From contig JALMLS010000376.1 of NCBI GenBank assembly GCA_038496445.1, forward strand, positions 558,001-622,000: 64,000 nt of DNA. Direction: 5' to 3'. Made by a program: the position numbers and the translations under genes. Each line of letters starts with the position of its first letter. Position 1 is the stretch's first letter. This DNA comes from Trichosphaerium sp. ATCC 40318. Its lineage: Eukaryota > Protista > Tubulinea. The notes beneath the pieces are model-generated. The model was not told the DNA's origin. It saw only the letters and a program-made list of their open reading frames with translations, and did not search any database. Shown here piece after piece: positions 52,938-64,000 of this stretch.

Positions 52938-53849
52938 TTAGGTAAAAACTGAAAAACCTTTGGTTTGCTTTCCTACTGAGCATTTCCAACATCTAGTGGT
53001 AGGTAAATCTTTTGTTCTACCCCATCTTGTTGTATATTTTTCAGTCGTTGATCTTGAACAGTCTACATACTTTGAACCGCATAGAGGGCAAGTAAAAGTG
53101 TGCTCTACAAAAATCACATGTAAGTGTTCAGGTACATCTGTTAATGACCCTTTGGTGTCAATAACCCTAGAAGCACATATGTCCTGAAGACTAGGCATAT
53201 TCTTCTCGTCACTGAAAATAACTTCACCTTGGAGAAGATTATCCCAAGCTTTTCTCCATGTCTTCTCTGTGACCTTAAGTACAGCAACATTTTCAAATCC
53301 AACAATTTTTACAACAAAGACAAACCCGCTGTGTGAAAAAATCGCTTGCTCTATACAACCCTGCCCATCGCTCTCTAAGAATGGTTCATCTTTAGTTCCA
53401 AAAGGTATCTGGAAACAGTTACCACATGCAGCAACGTAGCTACAAATCGTGTCCATTATAAACAAGGCAGTAAACGTGCCGTGTTTAATTGTTGAGATGT
53501 GAAGCAGTAATTGTGGTTTATCTGTCCATCCACCCGTTCTCCTGTATGTAAATGATAGTGTAACGTCAGTTGAGACTGCAAACTCATCTGAGGCTAATTT
53601 TTGGGCTTTCTGCTTAAGTATTTCGTCCAAGTCTACTCCGTCCTTTGCAAACATACTGCCGGGGTAGGTAAGTTTCTCTGGCGGTGGTTGAAAGGAAAAG
53701 AACTCTCTTTCGAAGAACCTCTTCGGATTTTTAACTTGTTTTGTCTTCCAACGCTCTTCTATGTTCTTTGCGATTGGATAGAAGATCGGATGCGTTTGTT
53801 TAGATAATTGTGAGAACCACACCAATTGATCGTCTTCTGATTTCTCCAT
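52938..53849 (-). CDS. Intronless 303-aa protein with a BC-box-like motif and C-terminal zinc ribbon
   Basis: Long ATG ORF; MPSLQDICASRV; CPLCG...RCWKC. Confidence 0.75.
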   Translation of the reverse strand: MEKSEDDQLVWFSQLSKQTHPIFYPIAKNIEERWKTKQVKNPKRFFEREFFSFQPPPEKLTYPGSMFAKDGVDLDEILKQKAQKLASDEFAVSTDVTLSFTYRRTGGWTDKPQLLLHISTIKHGTFTALFIMDTICSYVAACGNCFQIPFGTKDEPFLESDGQGCIEQAIFSHSGFVFVVKIVGFENVAVLKVTEKTWRKAWDNLLQGEVIFSDEKNMPSLQDICASRVIDTKGSLTDVPEHLHVIFVEHTFTCPLCGSKYVDCSRSTTEKYTTRWGRTKDLPTTRCWKCSVGKQTKGFSVFT

Positions 53850-54041
53850 ACGTGTAGATGTAGTATTTCGCGCTCGTATGCTTGCCTTGCAAACTTATTT
53901 AAGAACGCTGGAGGTCAAACTCCTACTTTCTTTGACTTTCGCTCTAAAAGTAGAGACCAACCAAAAGTTTTGTAATGTAACTGCAATTGTTGGCTCTAAT
54001 AGAAATGAAAAGCAAGGTGGTTGCTGAACATTGCGTTTATT

Positions 54042-57000
54042 CTATGGACTTATTCTTCTAATACAAGGCGGCAATACTGGTCTTGCTGTAATAACAAGTT
54101 GATTATTCGTCACTCTTTGAACAACAGAACGGAACATTGTTTCATCAAATTGAAGTGAAGAAAAGCCAGTCGAGATTGTCCCTCCTGATGAACAATCAAC
54201 AATTGTGTATGTTGTTGTTTTACGAGGTCTGTTCATTGATACAATGTTTAAAGGGCCATCTAAAGTCGCTGAATCACCTATAAACACATGTTATGAATAT
54301 CTCTCACTGCTAGTTGTTGATAAAAAGAAGAATAAAAGTGGAATATGTAAAATAAGTTTGATTGCATTTATGATCGTACTACATGTGACTCTCCCTGCAT
54401 TGCCACTGTCGATAGTCACAGTGAACAGCCCAGTTTGAATATAAGATGGTACTATGACATTAGCAGTGGATACCAGAATGAGGTTTCCATTGTTTTCAAT
54501 AACACCATTGCCACTCACTTGTGTAGTGCCTTGTACCATCATTGTCCCTTGAATAATAATTCTGGATTCATTTGGACCTGCGTCAATTGTAAAATCTGGA
54601 AGAATCTCCGCTAATGCCTTGTAGAGGGTTAATTCACAAAAGGTTTAAAGACAGTTTTTGAATCTTACTGATGAAAGGATTGTGATAATCACACTGTCAA
54701 ATATCGCCTGTGTTTCGAACAATGCAAACGATGTTACAGTCATCTAGACTTACGGTAAGTGAGATTTGAATATGGAAGGTGTGTACTTGAGAGGTGCTTG
54801 TGGTGCCACCAATAAATATGATTGATCCAACTGTAAAGTCAGTTGACACTTGTCCACTTGTCATTGATATTCTTGAAAATGTTGGTGTATTTGGAAATGA
54901 TACAGTAGCTCCATCGATATCAAGTACAGCATCAGCACCGTTCCAAGGATCATTACCCCTTCATAATTATGTTAGAACTAAATATTCACTGTACATTTAT
55001 CAAAAACAATACATACTCTATGCTTACAACACCGGAGACACAACGGATGATAGAATTACTTCTGGCATTATGTTTATATTCTGAGGAATGTTTACCGTGT
55101 TACCATCTCCAAAAGTTGTAAAAAATCAAAGTTCTTAGACAGTTAAACTACTTACTATCAAAGTCTATGACAAGACTAGCTCTTGATTCAAGTACTACAA
55201 CTGGCAAAGTTGGCGTAGGTTGTACATCCTATAAATGTTACAAACAAAGCCTCAAACAAGAACATACCTCTATTGTAAGACTACCACTATCTTTAACATC
55301 ATAGGTGCCACTTGTCAGCATACCGGCTCTGAACTCTCCATCAGGTAAGATTATAGTTACAAAAAGAAGAGATGCCATTGATGTAAATGTACAAGAACCT
55401 CTACAGATACGATGTTATTCAATAGTACAACATCGACAACAATAGTAAAAAGTGTGTACTAGGTACCTCAAAGAATAATCAGTTGCCGCAATCAATGAAA
55501 CTTGGCTGCACTGATTTGCATTGTTGAAAGTGACTATGATACCATTTGACATCATTTGTATTGGAACATTTGTTAGTGGACCATTAAATTCTACATCATC
55601 AAACAGCTCTACTCCACCTTCGATAACAGTTAGCCACGTAGTTTTTTACAATGAATAAAAGATACCTGGACCAGTGATACCACCGCTTATAATCCATGTA
55701 GATCCACGGACTACATCTTCAGACAACGATAAAATGGAATTTAGTGAGATTGATACTTGACCTGTGATAAAGCTTGGTGATGAATAAGGTGATAAAATGA
55801 GGTCTCCTTTGTTATGTGTTAGTCATTTAATGGTTCAAAGGAATGAAATCACGTTACCAACATTGCATTGAATGTTTTCTACCTCAATTCTAAAGTATTC
55901 GTTATTGATGAACGCAAAAAATACAAAAGATCTAATCTGAAAAGGGAAGAGACCTGTTTTTATAATATTTCGAACAACAATCTTGGTAGGTATGTCAGGC
56001 GCTGAAAATGGAACAAGCTGAGCCCGCGTTCCCGAGCCGCTATGATAAAAGTTAGCACCAGCTGTATTGCAACAAATCAAACAAACATTATTCTGCAATA
56101 CCTTGATGCAGCTACCTCAATGGTTGTAAATCTGAATACTGCTTCTGAACCAAATATACCTGGTCCTCCTGGACTATGTACTAAATCCACGTTTATTATC
56201 CTAAACAATACATTAGGTGTAGGAGAAATACAATATTTCACTTCAAAAATAAAAACGTACTGAGGACCAATTTTAAAGAGAGAAACATCACACCTTGGTG
56301 CCTCCAAAATAAATTGCTAATAATACATTGGACGAATTGATTGTGCATATTATAGCAAGTGAGTGGACGTACTTGGTCAGTCATACCTGAAATATCAATA
56401 CAAGCAGCATTAAATGACTGGTCATTTACCCATGTTATCTTATTGTCGAAGAAACCTTTGCAAATGAATTTAACACGTTCAATGGATCCAGGTGTTGCTC
56501 CATTTATAGTAATATCGCTTGAATCAAGAGTTATAATTGGACAAGAGTCAACACCTAAAAAAGTAAATGCCTATCACTTTTACGTAACATTGAACATACT
56601 TGCATCGAGTTGTCCCCATTGATCTAAAATAACTCCAACCACAATTGGATCTTCCGGTTGGTTTACTTGGGTAGCACAATCTTCAAATGCAACAATTTCT
56701 TGAGGTGCTCCTGTTGGTACACCAGAATTTTGACATTCACTTTTAAGAACAAAAGTAAACAAAGAAACAAACCATAGACATCATACGGGCCTGAGCATAA
56801 CCAATTGTTTGGCTCTCTAAAATCCACGCTTACAGAGCCTATGTAAAAATAGCAAAAGTACTTTTGTTCGAGAATTGCCATGTTTTGAAAGAAAAAAAAA
56901 CTGTTGAGCAAAACGATCTGCCTACCTTTCCACGTATATGTAGTTTGCGTTGACACTGCATTAAAGAGGCCTATATCTCATTGGTGAGATCTATTCAATT

Positions 57001-57130
57001 ACAATTTAGACAAACCTATGAGGAAGAACAGTACTCTGATCTGTACGCATAATAAGCAACAAAAACAAAGGATTAGTTCCAATCAAAACAAAATAAATCA
57101 GCTTTATATATGTACATTAGAAACAATCAT
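54042..57130 (-). CDS. Large secreted beta-strand-rich surface protein, multi-exon; 3' end uncertain
   Basis: Spliced start MIVSNIRVLFFLIGLFNAVSTQTTYTWKGSVSVDFREPNNW; T/S/G/V-rich exons; C-terminal LDGPLNI...YTIVDCSSGGTISTGFSS resembles passenger-like beta-helix ends. Confidence 0.6.
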
Positions 57131-58025
57131 TGTATGGGCTATAGATGTGTTGAATTATTGCTGCGTTAGAAATGTCACCTTGCGTGAGCCTCTCAATATT
57201 CAGATAACAATTATGGACTCCACACATAGCGCTACATGTCGATGTGTATCGCACGTGTATGTAATGTTTTGGCTAAAGCCTTGACCTATGTCATGGCTAT
57301 TTACATACCTCAATTTAATTGTCTCTTCATCCTTTAAATGAATTCTGTTCTAAGAGATTTGCATATTTACTACAAAGACTAAACAGCAACCTCAAAGATC
57401 AAATCAAGCTTGTCTTAATTTTATCAAAAAATAGTTTTGATACCATAGTTTACTCGGGTTTGCACAACCGTTCACGACAACTAGATGGCTACTTCTCATG
57501 TCAAGACTTGTTCACGTAGTTTACAGATAACGACGAATTAACTTTCCTGAGAGACACGCACCGTTGTTTTTCTGTTACAATACCTGAGCAGCCAATACGT
57601 AAGTGTTTGTAGTTTATTACATACTTTAGAGCCGTAAGGATGCACTTGGAAGTGTATCCTACATAGGTCACTGGTAGACAACTTTAACGTTCAACTCAGA
57701 GCTCGTTGCGCAGACTGCGTAAGTGCCACATTCTGGTTTTCCGTTGCCAACAAGGTTCAATTCTTGCGGGGTTCAGGTGAAGTAGAGATGTGGAATCCCA
57801 AAAACACAAGGAATACATGAGAGATTCTCAAAAAAGAAGGATAAGTCAACTCCTACTATGAATTAGCCAGCTACGCGTAGCGTACTTGAATAAACGCAGT
57901 CTACAGACGCCAATAAGATGGGTTTTAACGCCAGGTATCGAAATGTTCGAATTAAGCAATTGTGGCTCCTTATTTTAAACTCGGGGCAAAATTAGTCACA
58001 TACCGGCATAGTTGCACCTCATCTA

Positions 58026-59146
58026 ATGACTACACCGACACCATATTACGAAGAAGGCAATACACCGCTAGACGAAGAAAGCGGCATGGATGCTGGTATG
58101 GGTTCTAGTTATAATACAAGCACATCACTAGGAGAGTTTCCACGCTCAGAGTACGGAAAAAGCCAAATAATACCTATTTCTCCCTAACTTTAATTAGAGG
58201 TATTCTAACAAAGACCAAACGCGCGCTGGGATCCACAAAAGCCAAGCTTGCCCTTTGTTGTTTCGTTTTCATTAGCGTAGTCGTATTATCGATCACAACC
58301 ATCGCCTTGCTCTCTACATCCTACAAATGCGATAAATCAGGACCTTTTGATGATATACAAATAACCAAATGCAGTGACTACGCTGTTCTACCACAAGAAT
58401 GCGAAAACAACGCAAACATGACTATGTTCGTAGCAGAACAGAAGATTTTCTCGTATTGGAAGAAAATGAAAATACGTAATGAAAAAACAGATAGCACAGT
58501 TGGTCACTACCTCACTGGATTCGCGTGGTTTAGAAAGCTTTATAAACTAGAGGTTGATGGAAAGGTTGTGGCACAAGCTAAAGGCGCTGTCATATCTATA
58601 GGCCACGTACGAAGCCGTTTTATTTTTTTTTTTCGATTTTTTTTTTTCAAAGAAAAGTTGTTCGCTCCGACAAGATCCTGACCCTATTTTAGAAATTCAC
58701 TATTGGTAAATGTAACGGTCAAGGAGATACTTACCTGCTTGAACAAAAACCTTTCGCTTCATTCACAAGGTAATGTACAGTTCAAAATAACTTTTTTTTT
58801 TTTGGTTGTTATTTGAAGTGAGTTTATTTTTGTTTCAAAAAAGCAAGTTGTCTTATTTATTACAAAGTGTTTATTGATTTTGTCTTTTAGCCATATCTAC
58901 ACGCTTAAGAAAAACGGTGTAGAAATAGCTAAGACTGTAAAGAGAACATTTGGAGTATGCAAACCTGATGTATATCTCGTTGATAATAATGGTGAGCTTG
59001 CTGCTGCTGTAAGCAGGAATTGTTGGCAGTCAATCTTTGGTGATAAATGGTTGATTAGAAACTACCAACCAGACCTCATTCCTGATTATGTTGTTGGTTT
59101 CCTTGCATACCTTAATACTCAATTTGAGAAGGACTCAAAGCATTAG
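58026..59146 (+). CDS. Single-TM protein with a LURP-one/scramblase (Tubby-C-like) domain, multi-exon
   Basis: TM LALCCFVFISVVVLSITTIALL; FVAEQKIFSYW; YKLEVDGKVVAQAK; LAAAVSRNCWQSIFGDKWLI. Confidence 0.6.
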
Positions 59147-59367
59147 ACTGCGTCCTGTATAAGATGTGAATGTCAGCAAAAACAAGGATTAACTCCTTTG
59201 TTGTTTTAGTAAAATATCGATTTTTGGACTCCTGCTTACTTTATCAGAGTTGTTTATTTATATTTTTAATCAATCCTAGTACTGGATTTGGATAGAATCG
59301 TGTTTTAATTCAATTTAGGTAAGTTTTGTTGAGTGCTTTAATAAATATTTGTGAACTTTTGTTTCGA

Positions 59368-60850
59368 TTATGGACCGGTGTTGATGTGGTTGTTATTGTT
59401 GACTCTATAATTCACTTGAGCGTAGCTAGAATAGCTGTCTACTGATGTGTTTACTGCGAAAGGCGCTGTTTCTTTTGTTGTAGGTTTAGAATGAACATAC
59501 TTGATCATTACCAATAGAGCCAGTGAAGGAATTAGTTCTACTATGATGTAGTATCCCAGAACAAAGTAAGGATTTTTATTTGGCCAAGATAAAGCAGTAA
59601 CACTTGCTAATGCTGCAGAACGTATTATAAATGCTATTGTGCATATGCAAGCTACAACACTTACCTATTTAAGAAAATTATAAGAACGTTGTCAAACCAA
59701 AAAAACAATGTCGTTCAGAAAAAGTGTCACGTGACAAAAACAAAAGAACACTTTCACAGCAATTAAAATAATAGTTTTTTGATCAACAATCTGTTACTTG
59801 TTATGGTATTTGCACAGTAACATTGGTATACGGAAAAGTTTTATGCTTGTGAGCTTGAAGACAAAGTTGAGACTAAAAATTTATCGTACTTCTCTTAATT
59901 TGAAATGTCTTCCTGATGTCTCTTTTGGTAGTTTCTTAAGAATAAAATAAAGTCTCCCTCCATATATAGCAAAACACACTGATACAACAAGAGATATAAA
60001 AGCGAAAAAACCATCCTCACTCTTATGCACAATCTGATTGTTGTTCAATATGAAAAGAGCAACCCAAAATCCAATTTGTACACCATAAACTCCCAAGTTC
60101 AATATAAATATTATAGGCCTTAATCGACTTGTAAAAACCTTTTCTTTGTTTTGTACATGCCTTATTATTTCTGCCCTATGAAACAAAAGGTATAAAGGTG
60201 GAGACATTGAAAAGGTTTAGAAAAAAAAGAGGAAACAGAAAAAGAAATGCTCATGTCTTTGTTCATGAAGGGTTCTTACCAAAACAGCACTACTAGTGTA
60301 TACGTTGAAAAAAATACTAGCCTTGGAAAGTTATGTAACAATGTGAAAGCAGGTGTTCGATGGATATTTGACAGCCAAAATTGTTGTTCAGGAAAGAAGT
60401 ACACTGTAACAAAAAAAGCGGTTCTGACTAAAGAAACAAACAGTCATAAATAAGTACAGCCGGCAGCATCAAAAAAAAATACAAAAAAAAATCACGTGAT
60501 TTTTTTACCAAGATGCTAAAGCTCTATGTAAAGAGGTAATCGCTCACGTAATGTACGCAAGCGTTTTGAACGCTATGAACGGAAAAATCGATTAACACTG
60601 CGTACGTATCGACATACACCCTGTAAAAACAAGAAAAAGAGTCTGAGTACTCCATCCAGTGACTTGTGGTCGTGTCTGCATGTAAACGAATTTAATAATG
60701 GCAACAATGAATATTATAAAGTATAGGCCTACAATTGTTGTTCAGTGGTGCCAATAAGAAAACCTAACAGTTACCTGCTAGAACAAACATAGTAATATTC
60801 CATTCTTCCGGAGGATGAAGTAGGCTAGGCGCCGTAGAGTTCGTAGCCAT
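59368..60850 (-). CDS. Seven-TM protein of THH1/TOM1/GPR137-like type, multi-exon
   Basis: GWSTQTLFL; PRLVFFSTYTLVLFWAEII; FAIYGGRLYFIL; CICTIAFIIRS; YYIIVELIPSLALL. Confidence 0.8.
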
Positions 60851-60997
60851 GCTGATACGCCAAGATTCGCTTGCACAACAAAAAAACTCGAATAAAAAGA
60901 AGGACTTCTTGTTTCAAATTATCATGGTAGGACCTGATAAAATTACGCGTGTGTATGCGATAGCTGATTTTATTTGGGAGATATTATAATAGGTTGT

Positions 60998-62422
60998 CTA
61001 CAATTTTGAAGCTTTGTTTTCCAAGTTACCCATTACAATCATGAAAGAGTCGTTAGCTGTCTTTGGATACGTAGGGTTTGAGTAATCCATAACTGTCTTC
61101 CATTTTGAAGCAATAGCCTGTGTGAAGCGTTAGTTAATAAGAAATCAATGACGGCAATTACCTCAGGCGTTAAAGTTTGATCAATTGGGAATAAAGCACC
61201 GTGGCTTCTTTGCCAACGCAAGTTGGAAATCTAAAAAAACATTAGTAATGTAAACAAATGTTGTTCTAAGCTTGATACGTACCCAACCTGCACCGACTTC
61301 AAAGAGCTTACCAGTAACCTTTGTACTATCGTGGCAAAGGTATGCTACCAAAGGAGATACAAAGTCAGGTTTGAGTGCTTTTACCTAAGAGAATGGTTAG
61401 AAAACATCAAAACACAGAAAGTATAAATTATAATTTACATACCAAATCTGGTGGCATTACTGTTGCGGTCATACGAGAACCAGCTAGAGGAGCTATAGTA
61501 TTAACGAGAATATTACGGCTCTTTCCTTCAATGGAGAGTGTCTGAGCAAACGAGTAGAGGGCCAATCTAAACAAAAAAAAAGATGTTAATAGAAACTAGG
61601 ATGGCTAATGACCGTACTTGGCAGCAGAGTAGTTAGCTTGACCGCGGTTACCGTAGATACCGGCAGCGGAACATGTCATTATGATCCTACCATACTTTTG
61701 TTCTCTCATGTAAGGCCAAGCAGCTTTAGAGCACTTGTAGGAGCCCAATACGTGCACTTTAAAGATAAGGTCCCTAAAGCGATATTAATTAGTCATTAAA
61801 GACACGGAACAGCGCTTAATGCGTTGAACTCGTGTTTTCAACGCTGGAAACGTACCAATCGCGGTCTTGCATTTTGGCGAAGCTTGTGTCTCTCAAAATA
61901 CCTCTACAATTACTTTGAGTGCGTAGAATTGGACATTTAGCGCGTACGCGTTGTTAATGAGAATATCAATGCGACCGTAGTTGTCGATAGCGGTTTTGAT
62001 GATCTTGTCTCCGAATTCAACGGAATCGTAGTTTGCAACAGCCTCACCACCCATTTTGCGAATTTCATCAACAACGGCATCTGCGGCTTTCGAGCTGCTA
62101 CCATCACCTATTTTGAGTTAGGAGTGTAAGGTGGCCAATTCAGCGTGGAGAAAAAACAATTGATCAATTTATCGCGCTGCTCGCTACAACAATACCGTAC
62201 CCTTTGTGCTAGTACCCAAGTCGTTTACGACAACTTTAGCTCCTCTACATCGAGTATTTATAAAAAAAACGTTTAAAACGATCCACGGTACCTTGCTGCG
62301 AATTGAAGAGCGTGAGTGCGTCCCAATCCACCTCCTGCGCCTGTAACAACAACAACGCGTCCTGAAACAAGTTAAAAATCAAATAAATACTCATTCCAAC
62401 CTTTAAAATCAAGTTCTGCCAT
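60998..62422 (-). CDS. Peroxisomal (3R)-hydroxyacyl-CoA dehydrogenase (MFE-2/HSD17B4 SDR domain only) with PTS1
   Basis: [15 protein letters not shown]; VVNDLG; NNAGILRD; GQANYSAAK; C-terminal SKL*. Confidence 0.92.
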
Positions 62423-62587
62423 GGTAATTCTATTTCTACCTCTTTGTGTGAATAAAATATGTGACTTGTCCAGACCAATAAAAAAAAAAAGTATTGTCTC
62501 CTTAATTAATTTATCAGCGTGTGAAGCTAGTAACGACACTCTACTCTACTCCTACTCCATTTTGCATAATAATACCTTGATTGTACT

Positions 62588-63837
62588 ATGGCAGCGCACT
62601 TGGCAAGACAGCTTACAAAGCGCTCAGCAGTTATAATTGCGCCTCCAGAGAGTGCTTGGGAGCCGATTCAAAAAATACGGCAAAAGCATGACGAGTTTTT
62701 TGAATCAAGGTACGTACCATGACCATTGAACGCCGTTACGCTCACCTACGCTTAGAACACCTCATATAAACATGTACGCGCTTGCGCACTTCTAAGCTTA
62801 TCAAAAGGCAGGTTGTATCCATTTATACCTAACAATGAGTTCCCTGCTCAAGTGGAGCTATTGAAAGACGCTGTGAAATCAGTAGAGCCATTTGACGTAA
62901 CTTTGGGGACGTTCAAATGGTTTAAACCTCACAGATACGCTACTTTGTGGCTCCAGCCAGAAGTACACTTATTTTGGAAAGCCACATGCTAAAAAATGTT
63001 CATAGCAAGGTGACAAGATTGAAGATGTATACACGAGCATGTTAAACGCTTTTCCTATGTGTAAACAGAACTTCGAAGCATTTGTACCACATCTACCAGT
63101 GGGACGGTTTTCGAACGTAACGTCGTCGTACTTTAAATCAACAATGAACATTGAGTTCTAGGGCAGAATTAGACAATCAGCAATGAAGTTACAAGAAAAC
63201 TGGAAGCCAATAACTTGGACACTGGCAAGTACATTTGAAAAAGATCTTAAATGACTTTTGGTGATGTCTAAATGGTTCTTTTTAGGACAGGTTATATGTC
63301 ATTTCTCGTACTGGAACAGAACCTTTTAAAACAAGGTATGAGATTCCATTTGGTGGCGGTGATATAGTACACCAAGATGTGATTACAGAAGAAGAAGTGT
63401 ATGAACATCCTTTAGTGCAACATACAATTTACTGAAATTTGTAGGCCTGCATCAAAGACAAAAGTACACTTGAGTAGGCTAAACCCTAGAACAACTGAAG
63501 AAGGATTAAAGAGTGCTATTGAAGAAAAAGGATTTAACCCTGTAAGTGTTCCTAAGAGAAAAAACCAACAAGTGTATTACAACTCATATTGCTAAAATTG
63601 AGCGACGGTGTTGATAGTTTTACCAATAAGTTTTAGGTGGATGTGAAGATTGTGTTCCGAAAAGATGGAAGAAGCTGCGGTTTCGGTTTCATAGACTTTG
63701 GAGAAGTCAAAGACGCAGAAACATTCTTGGAACAAAGTACATGTTACTACGCTTTTGTTGCTTTTGTTGACATTTTTTCCCTTCAAGGTACCATGGAGAT
63801 AGATGGTAAAGCAGTAAACGTAAACAAAGTCCACTGA
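62588..63837 (+). CDS. 2H phosphoesterase (2'-5' RNA ligase-like) plus C-terminal RRM, multi-exon
   Basis: SAVIIAPP; RTPHINMLYPF; TLWLQP; FVPHLPVG; RNP1 SCGFGFIDF. Confidence 0.8.
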
Positions 63838-64000
63838 ATGAACTCTTATTTGAATAAAATTATCTCTCCATGTTTGACTAGTGACACCTCATTTTATTCA
63901 ACAAAAAATGGCAAGACTTTCTCATACCGTTACTATTTCTAAGCACAAGCCACGTGAACACATGGCCGTTCAAATAGCAAAACGGCTTACAGTGCAGTCG

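Noticed and set aside
480-63837. Alternative genetic code or stop readthrough to explain fragmented ORFs
   Set aside because: In the junctions I checked, short GT-AG introns restore the frames under the standard code.

Overview
AT-rich (roughly 35% GC by eye), gene-dense eukaryotic genomic DNA, probably a free-living protist of amoeboid type (inferred from gene content). About 25 protein genes are split by many short (about 35-60 nt) spliceosomal introns, so the ORF track shows mostly exon fragments; gene models here were spliced by hand. Genes include a bacterial-type alpha-2-macroglobulin, a CBM48+WD40 protein, a GH7 cellulase, a DUF2009 protein, a CRAL-TRIO protein, a membrane/flavodoxin fusion, a MAPEG protein, an MFS transporter with an intronic tRNA-Ile(AAT), a CPRas-like vWA protein, a bacterial-like metalloprotease, an F-box/pseudo-RasGAP, an EF-hand protein, surface proteins, a TOM1/GPR137-like membrane protein, a peroxisomal SDR and a 2H-phosphoesterase-RRM. 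Main candidates for novelty: (1) an inverted, twice-present head-to-head cassette of an F-box/22-aa-LRR gene and an F-box-like/24-aa-MORN-variant gene, with constant ends but shuffled, surface-variable repeats, a pseudogenised copy and an orphan repeat fragment, resembling a diversifying intracellular recognition system; (2) many long introns closed by a stem that leaves about 47-62 nt outside, matching the short-intron size; (3) strong enrichment of the palindrome (AT)CACGTG(AT). No database searches or folding programs were run.
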